Virus record (IMG/VR): IMGVR_UViG_3300014204_000125
Span: 51,336-115,335 of that record
DNA: 64,000 nucleotides
DNA from: a virus
Taxonomy: Duplodnaviria; Caudoviricetes
Direction: 5' to 3' (one strand)
Under the pieces are notes generated by a model. It saw only the letters and a list, made by a program, of their open reading frames with translations, did no database searches and was not told where the DNA came from. Positions 1 through 8,795 of the stretch are shown in pieces (within the stretch, counting starts at the first letter, position 1; each line of letters starts with the position of its first letter). The translations under genes and the position numbers were made by a program.

Positions 1-140
1 GGGAATTCATTCGACATCCCATATATCTTCGCGCCCAACTCGTGAAGCATCAGGCACAGCCAGGAGCCCTTGAATCCGGTATGCCCCGTTACCAATATCC
101 GTTTGCCCTTCCAAAACTTTCTGTCTAATTGCCTCCCCAT
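1..140 (-). CDS. rfbG: CDP-glucose 4,6-dehydratase (N-terminal part; runs off the window)
   Basis: Not in the ORF track. Manual translation from ATG at 140 gives MGRQLDRKFWKGKRILVTGHTGFKGSWLCLMLHELGAKIYGMS; FWxGKxxLVTGHTGFKGSWL is the characteristic RfbG N-terminus. Overlaps the stop of the upstream gene. Confidence 0.9.
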   Translation of the reverse strand, partial: MGRQLDRKFWKGKRILVTGHTGFKGSWLCLMLHELGAKIYGMSNEF

Positions 141-1081
141 AACTCACACTCCCTCGCTATTGTATTCACCCAATTCTCCGCCGAGAATATTTTACCCCGC
201 CCCGCGACCCATTCGAATATCGCATCTATTTTCCTGTTGTATTCGTCATTACTCATAAACGCTAAATCGGAAACCACATCGTCTACACTGAATTTATTTA
301 AGTCGATAAAACATTCTTTCGGAATATAATCTAACACATCCGGGGCGCCTTTGTAAAGCGGAATTGTAAGGGACAAAAGACAGTCGATTATCTTCTCGGA
401 AATATAGCCGGGACAAATGCAATTTTCATAAGCGAGCGCAAATCTGTATTTTGAAAGGACATCAATTTTTCTTTCCACGGGGCCTTGGTAAAAAGGAAAG
501 TTTTCCTTTTCCCATCCCTGTCCGTATAAATGAAATTTATTGTAATTATTGCCAAGCCAAAATATATCCTGCATCCTCTTGGTGTAAAGAGTTGGGAATA
601 AAGACGAATCGTTTTGTTTATTCCCGAAAATAGCGCACATAAAACGAGTCTTACGGATCGCGTTAAATTTCTCCGTTATTCTCCATTTATTAGGCAAAAA
701 GACTTGAACCCCATTGGGAATTTTCTTTAAAATATCAGTGCGATATGTAAATACTTTTTCGAACCACTCGTGATGAAGTTCTCCAATATTATGCGTATAA
801 CCATTCCATATCGGGGATTCAAATGTAAGAAGAAACTTGCGAGCCCTCATAGGATATCTGATTGCGCTATCCCCGGACCTGGCATCACTTAAAAATAAAA
901 CGTCAACTTCGTCGGGATGTGAATAGCGATCTAAAGTGTCGCATCTATGACCCATTGAATTTGCCATTTCTTTAAATAATATTAGAGGATATAAAAGAGA
1001 ATCTCCTATGGAAACATTTTCGTTTTCAAACATTCTATTGTTGTTGAAATAAGCATCCGCACAGTGAAATGCAATATTCAT
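125..1081 (-). CDS. Glycosyltransferase family 10 (alpha-1,3-fucosyltransferase-like)
   Basis: GT10 motif KIDVLSKYRFALAYENCICPGYISEKIIDCL...IPLYKGAPDV. Confidence 0.85.
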   Translation of the reverse strand: MNIAFHCADAYFNNNRMFENENVSIGDSLLYPLILFKEMANSMGHRCDTLDRYSHPDEVDVLFLSDARSGDSAIRYPMRARKFLLTFESPIWNGYTHNIGELHHEWFEKVFTYRTDILKKIPNGVQVFLPNKWRITEKFNAIRKTRFMCAIFGNKQNDSSLFPTLYTKRMQDIFWLGNNYNKFHLYGQGWEKENFPFYQGPVERKIDVLSKYRFALAYENCICPGYISEKIIDCLLSLTIPLYKGAPDVLDYIPKECFIDLNKFSVDDVVSDLAFMSNDEYNRKIDAIFEWVAGRGKIFSAENWVNTIARECELWGGN

Positions 1082-1858
1082 TTATATATCCCCCGAATAG
1101 CCAGTGCGCCATTTATCCGCGTACGCATCGAGTCCAGGGCATAGCGTGATCCCGGCGATAAAAGTTAATAAGTCGGCTTGAATATTCAAAAGTTCTGGCA
1201 TTGTAATCGGAACTGCAAAGGTAGGACGATTCGGCTGACAGTCAACTAATCGGATCTGTCCGTTTGTCCATACTTGTTCGTATTCAGAAGCCGAAGCGAG
1301 CCCAACCGCAAGCGTGTAGCCTATCATATATCTTAAATGCGACTGGCTCTCTGCAAAGCCGATATTAAAAAGAGATCTTTTAAATATTAATCCAGAAATC
1401 CAAGTGCAATGCGTGACAAGGTATTTAGGGCAACTCAAAGATTTTAGTTTAATAAACTCCTGATAATTCGCGTATCTTTTTTCTTCCATATCGTGATGAG
1501 GCAGAATCATCAGCCCATAAACCCCATCCCTTAAATGTTGATATAAGTTTTGAATTAAACTTCCAACAATGATATCGTCATCGCCGAGAAGCCAAACATA
1601 ATCTCCCTTGGCCCATTTGACGCACTCGATATAGTTCTTTTCCGCACCAATGTTTTCCCCGTTATATTTATAGACAATCCCATACTGGAGTGCCGTTTTT
1701 ATATTGGCCTCCCGAACTTCAAGTTTATCCGAATTATCCGAAATTAATATTTCGTTACCCTCGAGTTGCCAGCCCGGGAGCGCGCGCATGAGAGATTCCA
1801 CGCACACCCTTAAATTAGCCGGCCGGTTATATGTCGGAATACAAATACTTAAAAGCAT
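1082..1858 (-). CDS. Glycosyltransferase family 2 (abequosyltransferase RfbV-like)
   Basis: LLSICIPTYNR, ISDNS, ENIGAEKN, AKGDYVWLLGDDD; ATG at 1858 follows GAGGGAG. Confidence 0.85.
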   Translation of the reverse strand: MLLSICIPTYNRPANLRVCVESLMRALPGWQLEGNEILISDNSDKLEVREANIKTALQYGIVYKYNGENIGAEKNYIECVKWAKGDYVWLLGDDDIIVGSLIQNLYQHLRDGVYGLMILPHHDMEEKRYANYQEFIKLKSLSCPKYLVTHCTWISGLIFKRSLFNIGFAESQSHLRYMIGYTLAVGLASASEYEQVWTNGQIRLVDCQPNRPTFAVPITMPELLNIQADLLTFIAGITLCPGLDAYADKWRTGYSGDI

Positions 1859-2589
1859 CCCAGCTCCCTCCATTCAGCAATGTTTATCTGGAGTTTTTGA
1901 AGAAGCGGATTCAGCCGCGGGAGTTCGGAACCGTAGAGGTGGGCTTCTTTTCTATGCGACTGTTTGGGGTGGTATCGGTACTGGACAAGGCATTCCGGGA
2001 CATTTGACATTACTACATCTTTCTCGATGGCGAGCCGCAGCCAGAGTTCGAGATCAAGCGCGACCCGATAGGATCCATTAAAAATGAAACCACGATCCAC
2101 GAGCCGTTTGTTTAACATCATGGAGGGACACCCAAACGGGCACTGGCCCTGGGATAATAAGGTTTTTATCATTGAGTTTTCTTGTGGGTATTTCCATTCA
2201 CCCTCAAGCCCCTGGAACAATTTCAAGAATGTACCGCAAACATCGATCTTCATTTCTTCCATGTAAAAATATTGCTTCGAAAGTCTATCCGGTGCCGAGA
2301 TATCGTCCCCGTGCGCCATCGCGATATACTTCCCCTGCGCGTCGTGCATCATGATATTCGTGCGATCCGCGACATTAATGGAATCCTCGGGGGTGTCCAT
2401 TGGTATCACGCGGTTATCCCGCATCGCCCACTCAAGAATCGTCTTCTGCGAACCATCCTCGGATCCTCCGTCAAAGATCAATAATTCGATATTATTAAGA
2501 GACTGGTTCAGAATCGATTCGATCGCAGGACTCAGGTATTCCCCTGAATTCAATACGGGCATAACGACGGATACCAATGGATTATTCAT
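1849..2589 (-). CDS. Glycosyltransferase family 2
   Basis: VSVVMPVLN, AIESILNQS, DGGSEDGS, GKYIAMAHGDDISAPDRL, YRYH. Confidence 0.9.
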   Translation of the reverse strand: MNNPLVSVVMPVLNSGEYLSPAIESILNQSLNNIELLIFDGGSEDGSQKTILEWAMRDNRVIPMDTPEDSINVADRTNIMMHDAQGKYIAMAHGDDISAPDRLSKQYFYMEEMKIDVCGTFLKLFQGLEGEWKYPQENSMIKTLLSQGQCPFGCPSMMLNKRLVDRGFIFNGSYRVALDLELWLRLAIEKDVVMSNVPECLVQYRYHPKQSHRKEAHLYGSELPRLNPLLQKLQINIAEWRELGCF

Positions 2590-2897
2590 TATTTTACCTC
2601 TTCATCTTTTCTTGCTTTTTCTTCGAGATCTCGAATTTCCTCTTCCATGAATTTCCGGAAGTATTTCCCGACATTGCTTTTCTGCAAGAACTGATCTTCG
2701 AAGCCGGCCTTAACGAGCATTACAGTCTGATATCCCGTCTGGCGCTCGTAAAGGAATTTAAGAAAGTCTTTAACCGCTTCGATCGAATCTACCCGATCCC
2801 ACTCCAATTTGAGAGGGAACGCGGCCTGGGGCTGAGGTTTGGAAAGGTCTATCGCTTTACTTGTATCGATCCCGGGAAGACTTGGTGTTTTATTCAT
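2589..2897 (-). CDS. Hypothetical protein
   Basis: Coupled ORF in the minus-strand operon. Confidence 0.6.
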   Translation of the reverse strand: MNKTPSLPGIDTSKAIDLSKPQPQAAFPLKLEWDRVDSIEAVKDFLKFLYERQTGYQTVMLVKAGFEDQFLQKSNVGKYFRKFMEEEIRDLEEKARKDEEVK

Positions 2898-3426
2898 TCG
2901 CTTCTCCTATAATATTTTTTACGCCCTTTAAGTTATAGTATATTCGAATAAATGTTTTGGCCGGCTCGTTCGGCCGGAGCAATCGGATCGGGGGAAGATA
3001 TGACACTATATTCTTATCGTCCTCTATAATCCCAACGCATTGGGTGCGCTTCCCTTTTGGCTCCTGAAGGAAATCATTTGGCGCCTCTACGAGATTACTC
3101 AAATCGCCCAGACTTTTCATATTCGGGACTTGGAATATATAAGCCAGAATAATTGGGCCGCGGATAGGGAAGATATTCCCGAGTTTCGCCTTGAGCCCGT
3201 ATTTCTGGATCATTAGAGAGTCCATATAATACTTCTTGAACTCTTCGTACTGTGCATTCTTGCCAACGAACACCCCGCCAGTTTTACGATTAATTCCGAT
3301 ATTGGCCCTGTTCTTTTTTACGATCGCCGGGGCTTCGAGGCAGAGGTCAATGTAAGGGATGTCTTGATTAAAATCAACCCCCAACATTTTGAGCCGGGTA
3401 TAACAATCATCAAGGATTTGACTCAT
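2890..3426 (-). CDS. rusA: RusA-like Holliday junction resolvase
   Basis: DLSNLVEAPNDFL...GIIEDDKNI resembles the RusA DxDNxxKxxxDxL...GxxxDD motif. Confidence 0.7.
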   Translation of the reverse strand: MSQILDDCYTRLKMLGVDFNQDIPYIDLCLEAPAIVKKNRANIGINRKTGGVFVGKNAQYEEFKKYYMDSLMIQKYGLKAKLGNIFPIRGPIILAYIFQVPNMKSLGDLSNLVEAPNDFLQEPKGKRTQCVGIIEDDKNIVSYLPPIRLLRPNEPAKTFIRIYYNLKGVKNIIGEANE

Positions 3427-3617
3427 CCGCGAATCACATCTTTGGGATAATCGTTTTTATGAAATCCCGGGCCTTTCAGGATCGACGCATTCGAATAGGC
3501 TTCGACCCGCTGCATTAATACAGAGCACTCGGAGCACACGACTTTAATGTTTTTGTTCTTGACAAGAAACTCTTTTGATTTCTCACACTTAGGGCAATTA
3601 TATTCAAACAGTGGCAT
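3423..3617 (-). CDS. FmdB-family zinc-ribbon protein
   Basis: MPLFEYNCPKC...CSECS...KGPGFHKNDY. Confidence 0.85.
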   Translation of the reverse strand: MPLFEYNCPKCEKSKEFLVKNKNIKVVCSECSVLMQRVEAYSNASILKGPGFHKNDYPKDVIRG

Positions 3618-4038
3618 CTTTGTCTTCCTTTCGGAGTATAGCGGAAATTATTTTTGCATTTTGCCTTAGCAGTTGCTCTGGGTTGGGAATAGAAGTTTCG
3701 ACGCCTTCGAAGACGTAGTCCACAAAATCAAATCTATCTAAATTAACTCTTTCTGGGTCAACTAAAATAGATACAGGAATATGGAACCAATAAAACTTTT
3801 CTTTGTCAAAATAATCTTTGAATAAAACGCACAACGACTCGCCCCAACTCTCAGCCGACCTATTGGCTCTGAGAGAAGGTTCAAGATCATCGGCCCTACA
3901 ATATCCTATTGCAGAATCGAGTGCGCCTTCAATGGCCTTCGCGCACCCGAGTCCTTCGACCAAAAAAGAATAAGAGTCATCATATCTTTCTAAGGAAAAC
4001 TCTCCTATATCCATTCTCGGAATTGTTTTTTTATCCAT
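3604..4038 (-). CDS. Hypothetical protein
   Basis: 144 aa, overlaps both neighbours in the operon. Confidence 0.6.
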   Translation of the reverse strand: MDKKTIPRMDIGEFSLERYDDSYSFLVEGLGCAKAIEGALDSAIGYCRADDLEPSLRANRSAESWGESLCVLFKDYFDKEKFYWFHIPVSILVDPERVNLDRFDFVDYVFEGVETSIPNPEQLLRQNAKIISAILRKEDKDATV

Positions 4039-4675
4039 AAGTTTTAACCTCTTTCAGATAGAGCCCGCCGGCCTTTATCTCTATTGTCTTGATTACCCCG
4101 CGATTCAGTATGTCTTGGAGATTTCCGCGCGCGCTTGAGTGGTTCGCATAGTGATGCGGGATATGTCTTAACGCCTCACTCAAAGTGACTCCAGGGTTAT
4201 TGCCGACATACGTCTCGAGGAGTTGGCAGGTTTCCCGGAACGGGGACCAGTATTGCCGATTCGCGCTGCCGGAGGGGCTAAATGTTTTCTGTTTCTCGTA
4301 TAGGGTAAGTTTCAAAACTTTGCGGGTAAATACGGGTTCCACGGCTTTTCGGATCTCCTGGGTTGAGATACAGAAATAAAAGACTCCGATCCCAAGTTTC
4401 CGCGCTATGTGTTCGACCGTGTGCCTGATACTATAAGAAGCGGGGTACGGGACACATATAGAGACCTTATGGCAATACTGTTGCGCCGTAATAGCCTGAT
4501 CCAGAACACTCAGGCAAGCCGTAACCTTAACCTCAATCCCCCAACGCATGACCCCACACACCGACACGACATCGATTACATTCCCTTGCCGGCCCGTTGT
4601 GACTTCCATGTAATTCGTGAAGCCGTGGGTCTCCATGTATTTAAGCATGTGTTGGGCTAATTCGGTTTCCTTCAA
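4031..4675 (-). CDS. PD-(D/E)XK nuclease-family protein (MmcB-like)
   Basis: N-terminal E, then EV...IDVV...IEVK...LDQA pattern. Confidence 0.6.
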   Translation of the reverse strand: MKETELAQHMLKYMETHGFTNYMEVTTGRQGNVIDVVSVCGVMRWGIEVKVTACLSVLDQAITAQQYCHKVSICVPYPASYSIRHTVEHIARKLGIGVFYFCISTQEIRKAVEPVFTRKVLKLTLYEKQKTFSPSGSANRQYWSPFRETCQLLETYVGNNPGVTLSEALRHIPHHYANHSSARGNLQDILNRGVIKTIEIKAGGLYLKEVKTYG

Positions 4676-4911
4676 ACTTCGGCTTCCTTTTCTTTCTTAA
4701 AAGTATCTTCCGCCATATCATTAGCGATCTGGGACATTGCCTTATCTTCCTTGGAGATCTTGGGGCCTTCCCGAGCAATCACAGACGCGCGATACCGGGT
4801 GAGCATTGTGTCCACGATTTGAGACATGATGACCCTGCGCTCCCGGCAGAACTCAATGTTGTCCTTGGACAGATAAACCGATATACTTAACATGTTTTTA
4901 CGCTTTGCCAT
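4672..4911 (-). CDS. Small ribbon-helix-helix-like DNA-binding protein
   Basis: Basic N-terminus, SISVYL beta-ribbon, MSQIVD second helix; has its own promoter. Confidence 0.5.
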   Translation of the reverse strand: MAKRKNMLSISVYLSKDNIEFCRERRVIMSQIVDTMLTRYRASVIAREGPKISKEDKAMSQIANDMAEDTFKKEKEAEV

Positions 4912-4934
4912 AAATCTTCCTTTCTAACAGTTCT

Positions 4935-4963
4935 ATCATAACACAGATATGGACTTGGGTCAA
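4935..4963 (-). promoter_or_regulatory. sigma70-type promoter
   Basis: TTGACC-N17-TATGAT with a TG extension. Confidence 0.7.
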
Positions 4964-4976
4964 TATATTTCTGGGC

Positions 4977-5005
4977 TTGACACTGTTTTATTTTTGTGTT
5001 AATAT
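4977..5005 (+). promoter_or_regulatory. sigma70-type promoter (divergent, drives the candidate sRNA)
   Basis: TTGACA-N17-TAATAT with a TG extension. Confidence 0.65.
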
Positions 5006-5009
5006 GAGA

Positions 5010-5103
5010 GCATTGATTCGACACATTCCTCGCCTATCCCGTTACGTCGGTAGTAACGCATATCCTCACCCAACAGCCGCCTCCCCGGGCGGTTGTTCTA
5101 TTT
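5010..5103 (+). ncRNA. Candidate ~90 nt small RNA
   Basis: Lies between the promoter and a terminator; hairpin CGTTAC/GTAACG; no ORF. Confidence 0.5.
5072..5103 (+). terminator. Intrinsic terminator
   Basis: AACAGCCGCC-loop-GGCGGTTGTT then CTATTT; the G-U pair fits the + strand. Confidence 0.65.
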
Positions 5104-5193
5104 ATGGTGCTTAAATTTTCCGATGATCCCGGCGCCGGCGAAAGTGATAATCAAAGTAATCACCCAACCCCAAAAATCCTGCACAGCGATCAT
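5098..5193 (-). CDS. 31 aa single-TM peptide
   Basis: MIAVQDFWGWVITLIITFAGAGIIGKFKHHK; ATGA overlap with the upstream gene. Confidence 0.55.
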   Translation of the reverse strand: MIAVQDFWGWVITLIITFAGAGIIGKFKHHK

Positions 5194-5594
5194 CCAAGTT
5201 CCTTTATATCAAACACGAGTCCGCGGCAGAATTTCTCTCCGTCTTCCATGATCACGAACGGGCTCGCTGGGAAGTCGCAGGACATCAGCCAGGAGAATCC
5301 GCCCGGATTATTCCAGAATTTGGCTTTGATTTTCTTCATGCCAGCCTCGTGTGCCTTATTCAACTTGCAATCATCGCAGTCCTCGCAGATCCTCTGGTAT
5401 ATCCCGTCCTTGGAAACAAGAATGGAGTCCCCATAGGCTTCATCTTCTATGGCGCCACGGAACTCCACGCAATCGTCGCTGTGTCCAAAGACTACAACGA
5501 GCCCGTCTTTCTTCGCCAGTTTCGCTTCGATCTCCGTGATCTCGGCGCCGTATTCCCGATCATTAAGGATTGCTGCCAATTCCTCTTTAGTCAT
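5190..5594 (-). CDS. Conserved phage hypothetical protein
   Basis: LNDREYG...GLVVVFGHSDDCVEFRGAI...FVIMEDGEKFCRGLVF, a motif pattern common in phages. Confidence 0.75.
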   Translation of the reverse strand: MTKEELAAILNDREYGAEITEIEAKLAKKDGLVVVFGHSDDCVEFRGAIEDEAYGDSILVSKDGIYQRICEDCDDCKLNKAHEAGMKKIKAKFWNNPGGFSWLMSCDFPASPFVIMEDGEKFCRGLVFDIKELG

Positions 5595-5922
5595 TATCTT
5601 CCTCCCGTTTTATTTTCTTTGAGGTCTGTTTGATTATCTTTTTAAGCCAAGCGATTTCCTTGAGTTTCGTTTCCTCGTTCTTCCCGTAGCGCTCTATCAA
5701 CCCCATCTTCGCCAGTTTCTCTGCGACATAGACCTCGAGTATGCCAGCGCATCGTTTACAAATACAGCACGAGGGCCAATATTCGAAAGAAGTCTCTTGA
5801 TTTAAACCCGAGGTTAAAGAGAATCGGCCGTCATCCTTTTCCTTTTCGCAGACATCGCAGATATCGATTTCTTTATCCACACGTTTATAAACTTTGACGG
5901 AGGTTTTGACTATTTTCTTCAT
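5587..5922 (-). CDS. Hypothetical protein with CxxC pairs
   Basis: CDVC...CKRC; coupled in the operon. Confidence 0.6.
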   Translation of the reverse strand: MKKIVKTSVKVYKRVDKEIDICDVCEKEKDDGRFSLTSGLNQETSFEYWPSCCICKRCAGILEVYVAEKLAKMGLIERYGKNEETKLKEIAWLKKIIKQTSKKIKREEDND

Positions 5923-6413
5923 TCGTAAACCTCCACGTAATATTTATATTTACTCGCGAAATCGAGGAGTAAAGGTTTGACTTCATTTTCCCAATTAAGC
6001 CCGCCTAATCCGCACCCAATTTTTGGGAAAGCAATCGATGTTACTCCAGTGCAACCCAATTTCTTACCTTCAGGACTTACGTGGTGCAGTATTTTTGCAA
6101 GCCCTCTTTTTATAAGTTCAATATCGGATTTCTCACGCCAATCCCATTTTGTAGGGAACAAACAAACCGAATAATCCTTGTCTTGTTTATAAATATTATA
6201 ATGGACCTTGGTGTAATCTTTTACCCCCTTTTCCAACTTCATAGTCACCAAACAAGACTTATAAAAATCGTTCAATCTTTTACCGAAAAGATCTTTGAAA
6301 GTTTTAGCCAATCCCGCACCCATAACCCCGACAAGATTCGTGGGGCATACCAACATATCGCATTTCGATTTAAAAATATCCCCGCCCTTTATTATTTCAA
6401 GATTATCCATCAT
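5919..6413 (-). CDS. Macrodomain ADP-ribose glycohydrolase (DarG/TARG1-like)
   Basis: GDIF...PTNLVGVMGAGLA...FPTKWDWREKS...SIAFPKIGCGLGGLNW. Confidence 0.9.
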   Translation of the reverse strand: MMDNLEIIKGGDIFKSKCDMLVCPTNLVGVMGAGLAKTFKDLFGKRLNDFYKSCLVTMKLEKGVKDYTKVHYNIYKQDKDYSVCLFPTKWDWREKSDIELIKRGLAKILHHVSPEGKKLGCTGVTSIAFPKIGCGLGGLNWENEVKPLLLDFASKYKYYVEVYE

Positions 6414-6664
6414 TTTCCTCCCAATATTGCATCAGATTCTTCCCCGTACCTCCGGACCACGCACTCCCGATTCAGTTTGCCTTCCTTGCCGATTATCTTG
6501 AGTTTGGCAATCGGAAGCGCTTCTAAAACGCCTTTGCAAAACCCTTCGCAATATATGGCAAGTCTATTCTCACAGGACTCAACCCGGCGCCATTCCGAAT
6601 CAAATTCGTTATAAACTTCCACCCGATATGACCGGCTATTTTTTGTCATTAAACCTTTCCTCAA
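6410..6664 (-). CDS. Hypothetical protein
   Basis: Overlapping ORF in the operon. Confidence 0.5.
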   Translation of the reverse strand: MRKGLMTKNSRSYRVEVYNEFDSEWRRVESCENRLAIYCEGFCKGVLEALPIAKLKIIGKEGKLNRECVVRRYGEESDAILGGK

Positions 6665-6905
6665 GAAGTGAAATTAAAACGTCCCCATGACACGAAAAGG
6701 GTCTACAAAAACAACCCAATACTTTATCCTTTAACTCGGTCAAATCCTTTAACAAACCAGGACTTCTTAAAAGATAAAGCCGATATTTTTCAAGAACCGT
6801 TTTCCGATTTCCATCCCTGCCGAGTTCGTATGGGTTTCCCCATTTACTCGGCCGGCCGATGTAGATGTCATATTTTTCTTTTTTCAGATTAACTACTCGG
6901 GTCAT
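6636..6905 (-). CDS. DUF4326 protein
   Basis: YIGRPSKWGNPY...LGCFCRPFSCHGDVL. Confidence 0.9.
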   Translation of the reverse strand: MTRVVNLKKEKYDIYIGRPSKWGNPYELGRDGNRKTVLEKYRLYLLRSPGLLKDLTELKDKVLGCFCRPFSCHGDVLISLLEERFNDKK

Positions 6906-7077
6906 TTTTTCTCCTGAACACTTTCTTGCAGTCGGGACAGAATGCGTGGAACACCTGATTCCCGAAGTCTTTAATGTACTCTTTGGTACGGCGCTGTTTC
7001 CTGTTGATTAGGGTCATTTTGGGATGTTGGCACTCTGTCGGGATATGGGTCATTTCTTTTAAATCTTTCGGATCCAT
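6889..7077 (-). CDS. Small zinc-binding hypothetical protein
   Basis: CQH...CPDC; RBS AAGGAG. Confidence 0.55.
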   Translation of the reverse strand: MDPKDLKEMTHIPTECQHPKMTLINRKQRRTKEYIKDFGNQVFHAFCPDCKKVFRRKNDPSS

Positions 7078-7087
7078 TTTAACTCCT

Positions 7088-7267
7088 TTATATTTCCAAT
7101 TTTGCTTTGCAGTTCACGCACTCGATTTGGTTTGTGACTCCGTTGGGGTTCTCGTGTTGCAGAATAAAGATATGGAAATCCCGGCACCCGCATACGCATA
7201 CGAACTCGGCGTAACGGTACGGGGATTCCCCGGAATGGGGTAGATTTGTTAATTTAATTCTCTTCAT
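7088..7267 (-). CDS. Small zinc-ribbon protein (59 aa, below the track cutoff)
   Basis: MKRIKL...FVCVCGC...IECVNCKAKLEI; GGGG RBS. Confidence 0.5.
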   Translation of the reverse strand: MKRIKLTNLPHSGESPYRYAEFVCVCGCRDFHIFILQHENPNGVTNQIECVNCKAKLEI

Positions 7268-7276
7268 TTTATCCCC

Positions 7277-7903
7277 TTATACAACAGTCTTCCAATCCGC
7301 GGCGATGGCGCCCGTGGATCTATAACTCGACACGGCACAGCAATACCCGGAGAAAGCATCGCCCATTCCTTTGGAATCCCCGGAAAACGACATGCAAGCC
7401 GACTTAGATATCCCGATCGATGAACCCGCAATCATCGCGTCCTGATTCGCAGCGAGAAAAACGAACTGCCATTTGTAAACATCCGTCTGGTGAGATATCA
7501 TTTCGAAGACCTGTTCGCGTGTGAATTTTCTGGAAGCGTTTTCTTCCCCGTCGGTGAGGATTGTCACGATGACTTTCTCGGGGCGCTCGTCTTCCTTCAT
7601 AGCCGCAATCCTGGCCCCGATTCGGGTTACGGTTTCCCCGATCGCATCGTAAAGCGCGGTGCCGCCGTTGGGGACATAGGTTTCGGTGTCAAGCCTCTTG
7701 ACTTCACCTACGAGAGCGTTCTCGCATACAATTTTGAGATCCCCATCAAAGGAAAAAAGAACGAGGTCCATCCTGGCTTCCCCGGGTTCTTTCTGCTGGG
7801 CTTCGAGAAAAGTATTGAATCCGCCGATCGCGTCGTTGCGGATGGATTCCATTGATCCTGATTTGTCGATGATAGAAACAATTAAGGTGAGATCTTTTTT
7901 CAT
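7277..7903 (-). CDS. von Willebrand factor A domain protein
   Basis: MIDAS DKSGSM, GGTALYDAIG, ILTDGEENAS. Confidence 0.92.
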   Translation of the reverse strand: MKKDLTLIVSIIDKSGSMESIRNDAIGGFNTFLEAQQKEPGEARMDLVLFSFDGDLKIVCENALVGEVKRLDTETYVPNGGTALYDAIGETVTRIGARIAAMKEDERPEKVIVTILTDGEENASRKFTREQVFEMISHQTDVYKWQFVFLAANQDAMIAGSSIGISKSACMSFSGDSKGMGDAFSGYCCAVSSYRSTGAIAADWKTVV

Positions 7904-7920
7904 AGCGACTCCTTTTAAAT

Positions 7921-8202
7921 TTAAAACGGCATTACGGGTACATCGGGTTCCTGATTGAATTTGAATATCTTCTGTATCCCGGCTTCAGCATCACTCCCGG
8001 CCCGCATAAGGCTTTCTTGGACCATCATTGCATTGGCGAGGCTGACATAGGCACCCAGGGCAAGTATTGAGTTATCCAAAAGACATTTCACTTCGATATA
8101 GAAGTATTGTTTAATTCGGATAATTTCGTAGGAAAAGAATTTGTTTTGTTTTTTCATACCTATACTTTCTTGTTTGTTTTTATTTCCATTTCGTCTACCC
8201 AA
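7921..8202 (-). CDS. Hypothetical protein (true start probably downstream)
   Basis: Fills the operon gap. Confidence 0.45.
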   Translation of the reverse strand: MGRRNGNKNKQESIGMKKQNKFFSYEIIRIKQYFYIEVKCLLDNSILALGAYVSLANAMMVQESLMRAGSDAEAGIQKIFKFNQEPDVPVMPF

Positions 8203-8477
8203 GAAAAAACGATTTCGTGCATCCCTAGCTTTGAATCTTTGAAGACAACGACATGAAAACCTTGTTCTACAAAATCCGATAGAAAAGACTGGAATATTTC
8301 GGATTCGTAACTCTTAATTTTGATACAGCAACAATGTGTCTTTTTGTTTTCTTTTGCCGTATCCAGCATAGCCTTGCGAACCTCTTCAATAAACTCAGAA
8401 GTTCTCCCGTTGGATTGGCGATCCGTCTCGTTAATAAGTGTTTGTTTAAAAAGCCCTTTATTCATTTTGCACCCCAC
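8160..8477 (-). CDS. Hypothetical protein
   Basis: First ORF after the promoter; similar in style to the ...SW-ending small proteins at 11.5-12.6 kb. Confidence 0.55.
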   Translation of the reverse strand: MGCKMNKGLFKQTLINETDRQSNGRTSEFIEEVRKAMLDTAKENKKTHCCCIKIKSYESEIFQSFLSDFVEQGFHVVVFKDSKLGMHEIVFSWVDEMEIKTNKKV

Positions 8478-8493
8478 ATTTATTTAATACCTA

Positions 8494-8522
8494 ACTCTAA
8501 CACAAAAAATATAAAATGTCAA
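8494..8522 (-). promoter_or_regulatory. sigma70-type promoter
   Basis: TTGACA-N17-TAGAGT with a TG extension. Confidence 0.7.
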
Positions 8523-8747
8523 TCCAATATAAACAAAAATCACCTTCTCCTATCTCGCGGCGTATCCTCGGGCAACACACCCAAAACAATGCGATAAAGA
8601 GAAAGCGATCCCAAAGTTCCATCGGGTCCGAAGGAAACCAACACCGGGTTGATATCCGGCATAACCCTTCGCCTCTTGCAAAACCCCGGGCGAATTTCTT
8701 TCATAGCTTACGAATAAAGTGTACCAGAAATCAATCCAGAAGTAAAC

Positions 8748-8777
8748 AAAAAAAAGTCCTGAATTTCTTCAAGACTT
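8748..8777 (-). terminator. Intrinsic terminator of the ncRNA operon
   Basis: AAGTCTTGAA-GAAA-TTCAGGACTT followed by a T-run on the minus strand. Confidence 0.85.
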
Positions 8778-8795
8778 CTTTTGCCGGGTGTACGC

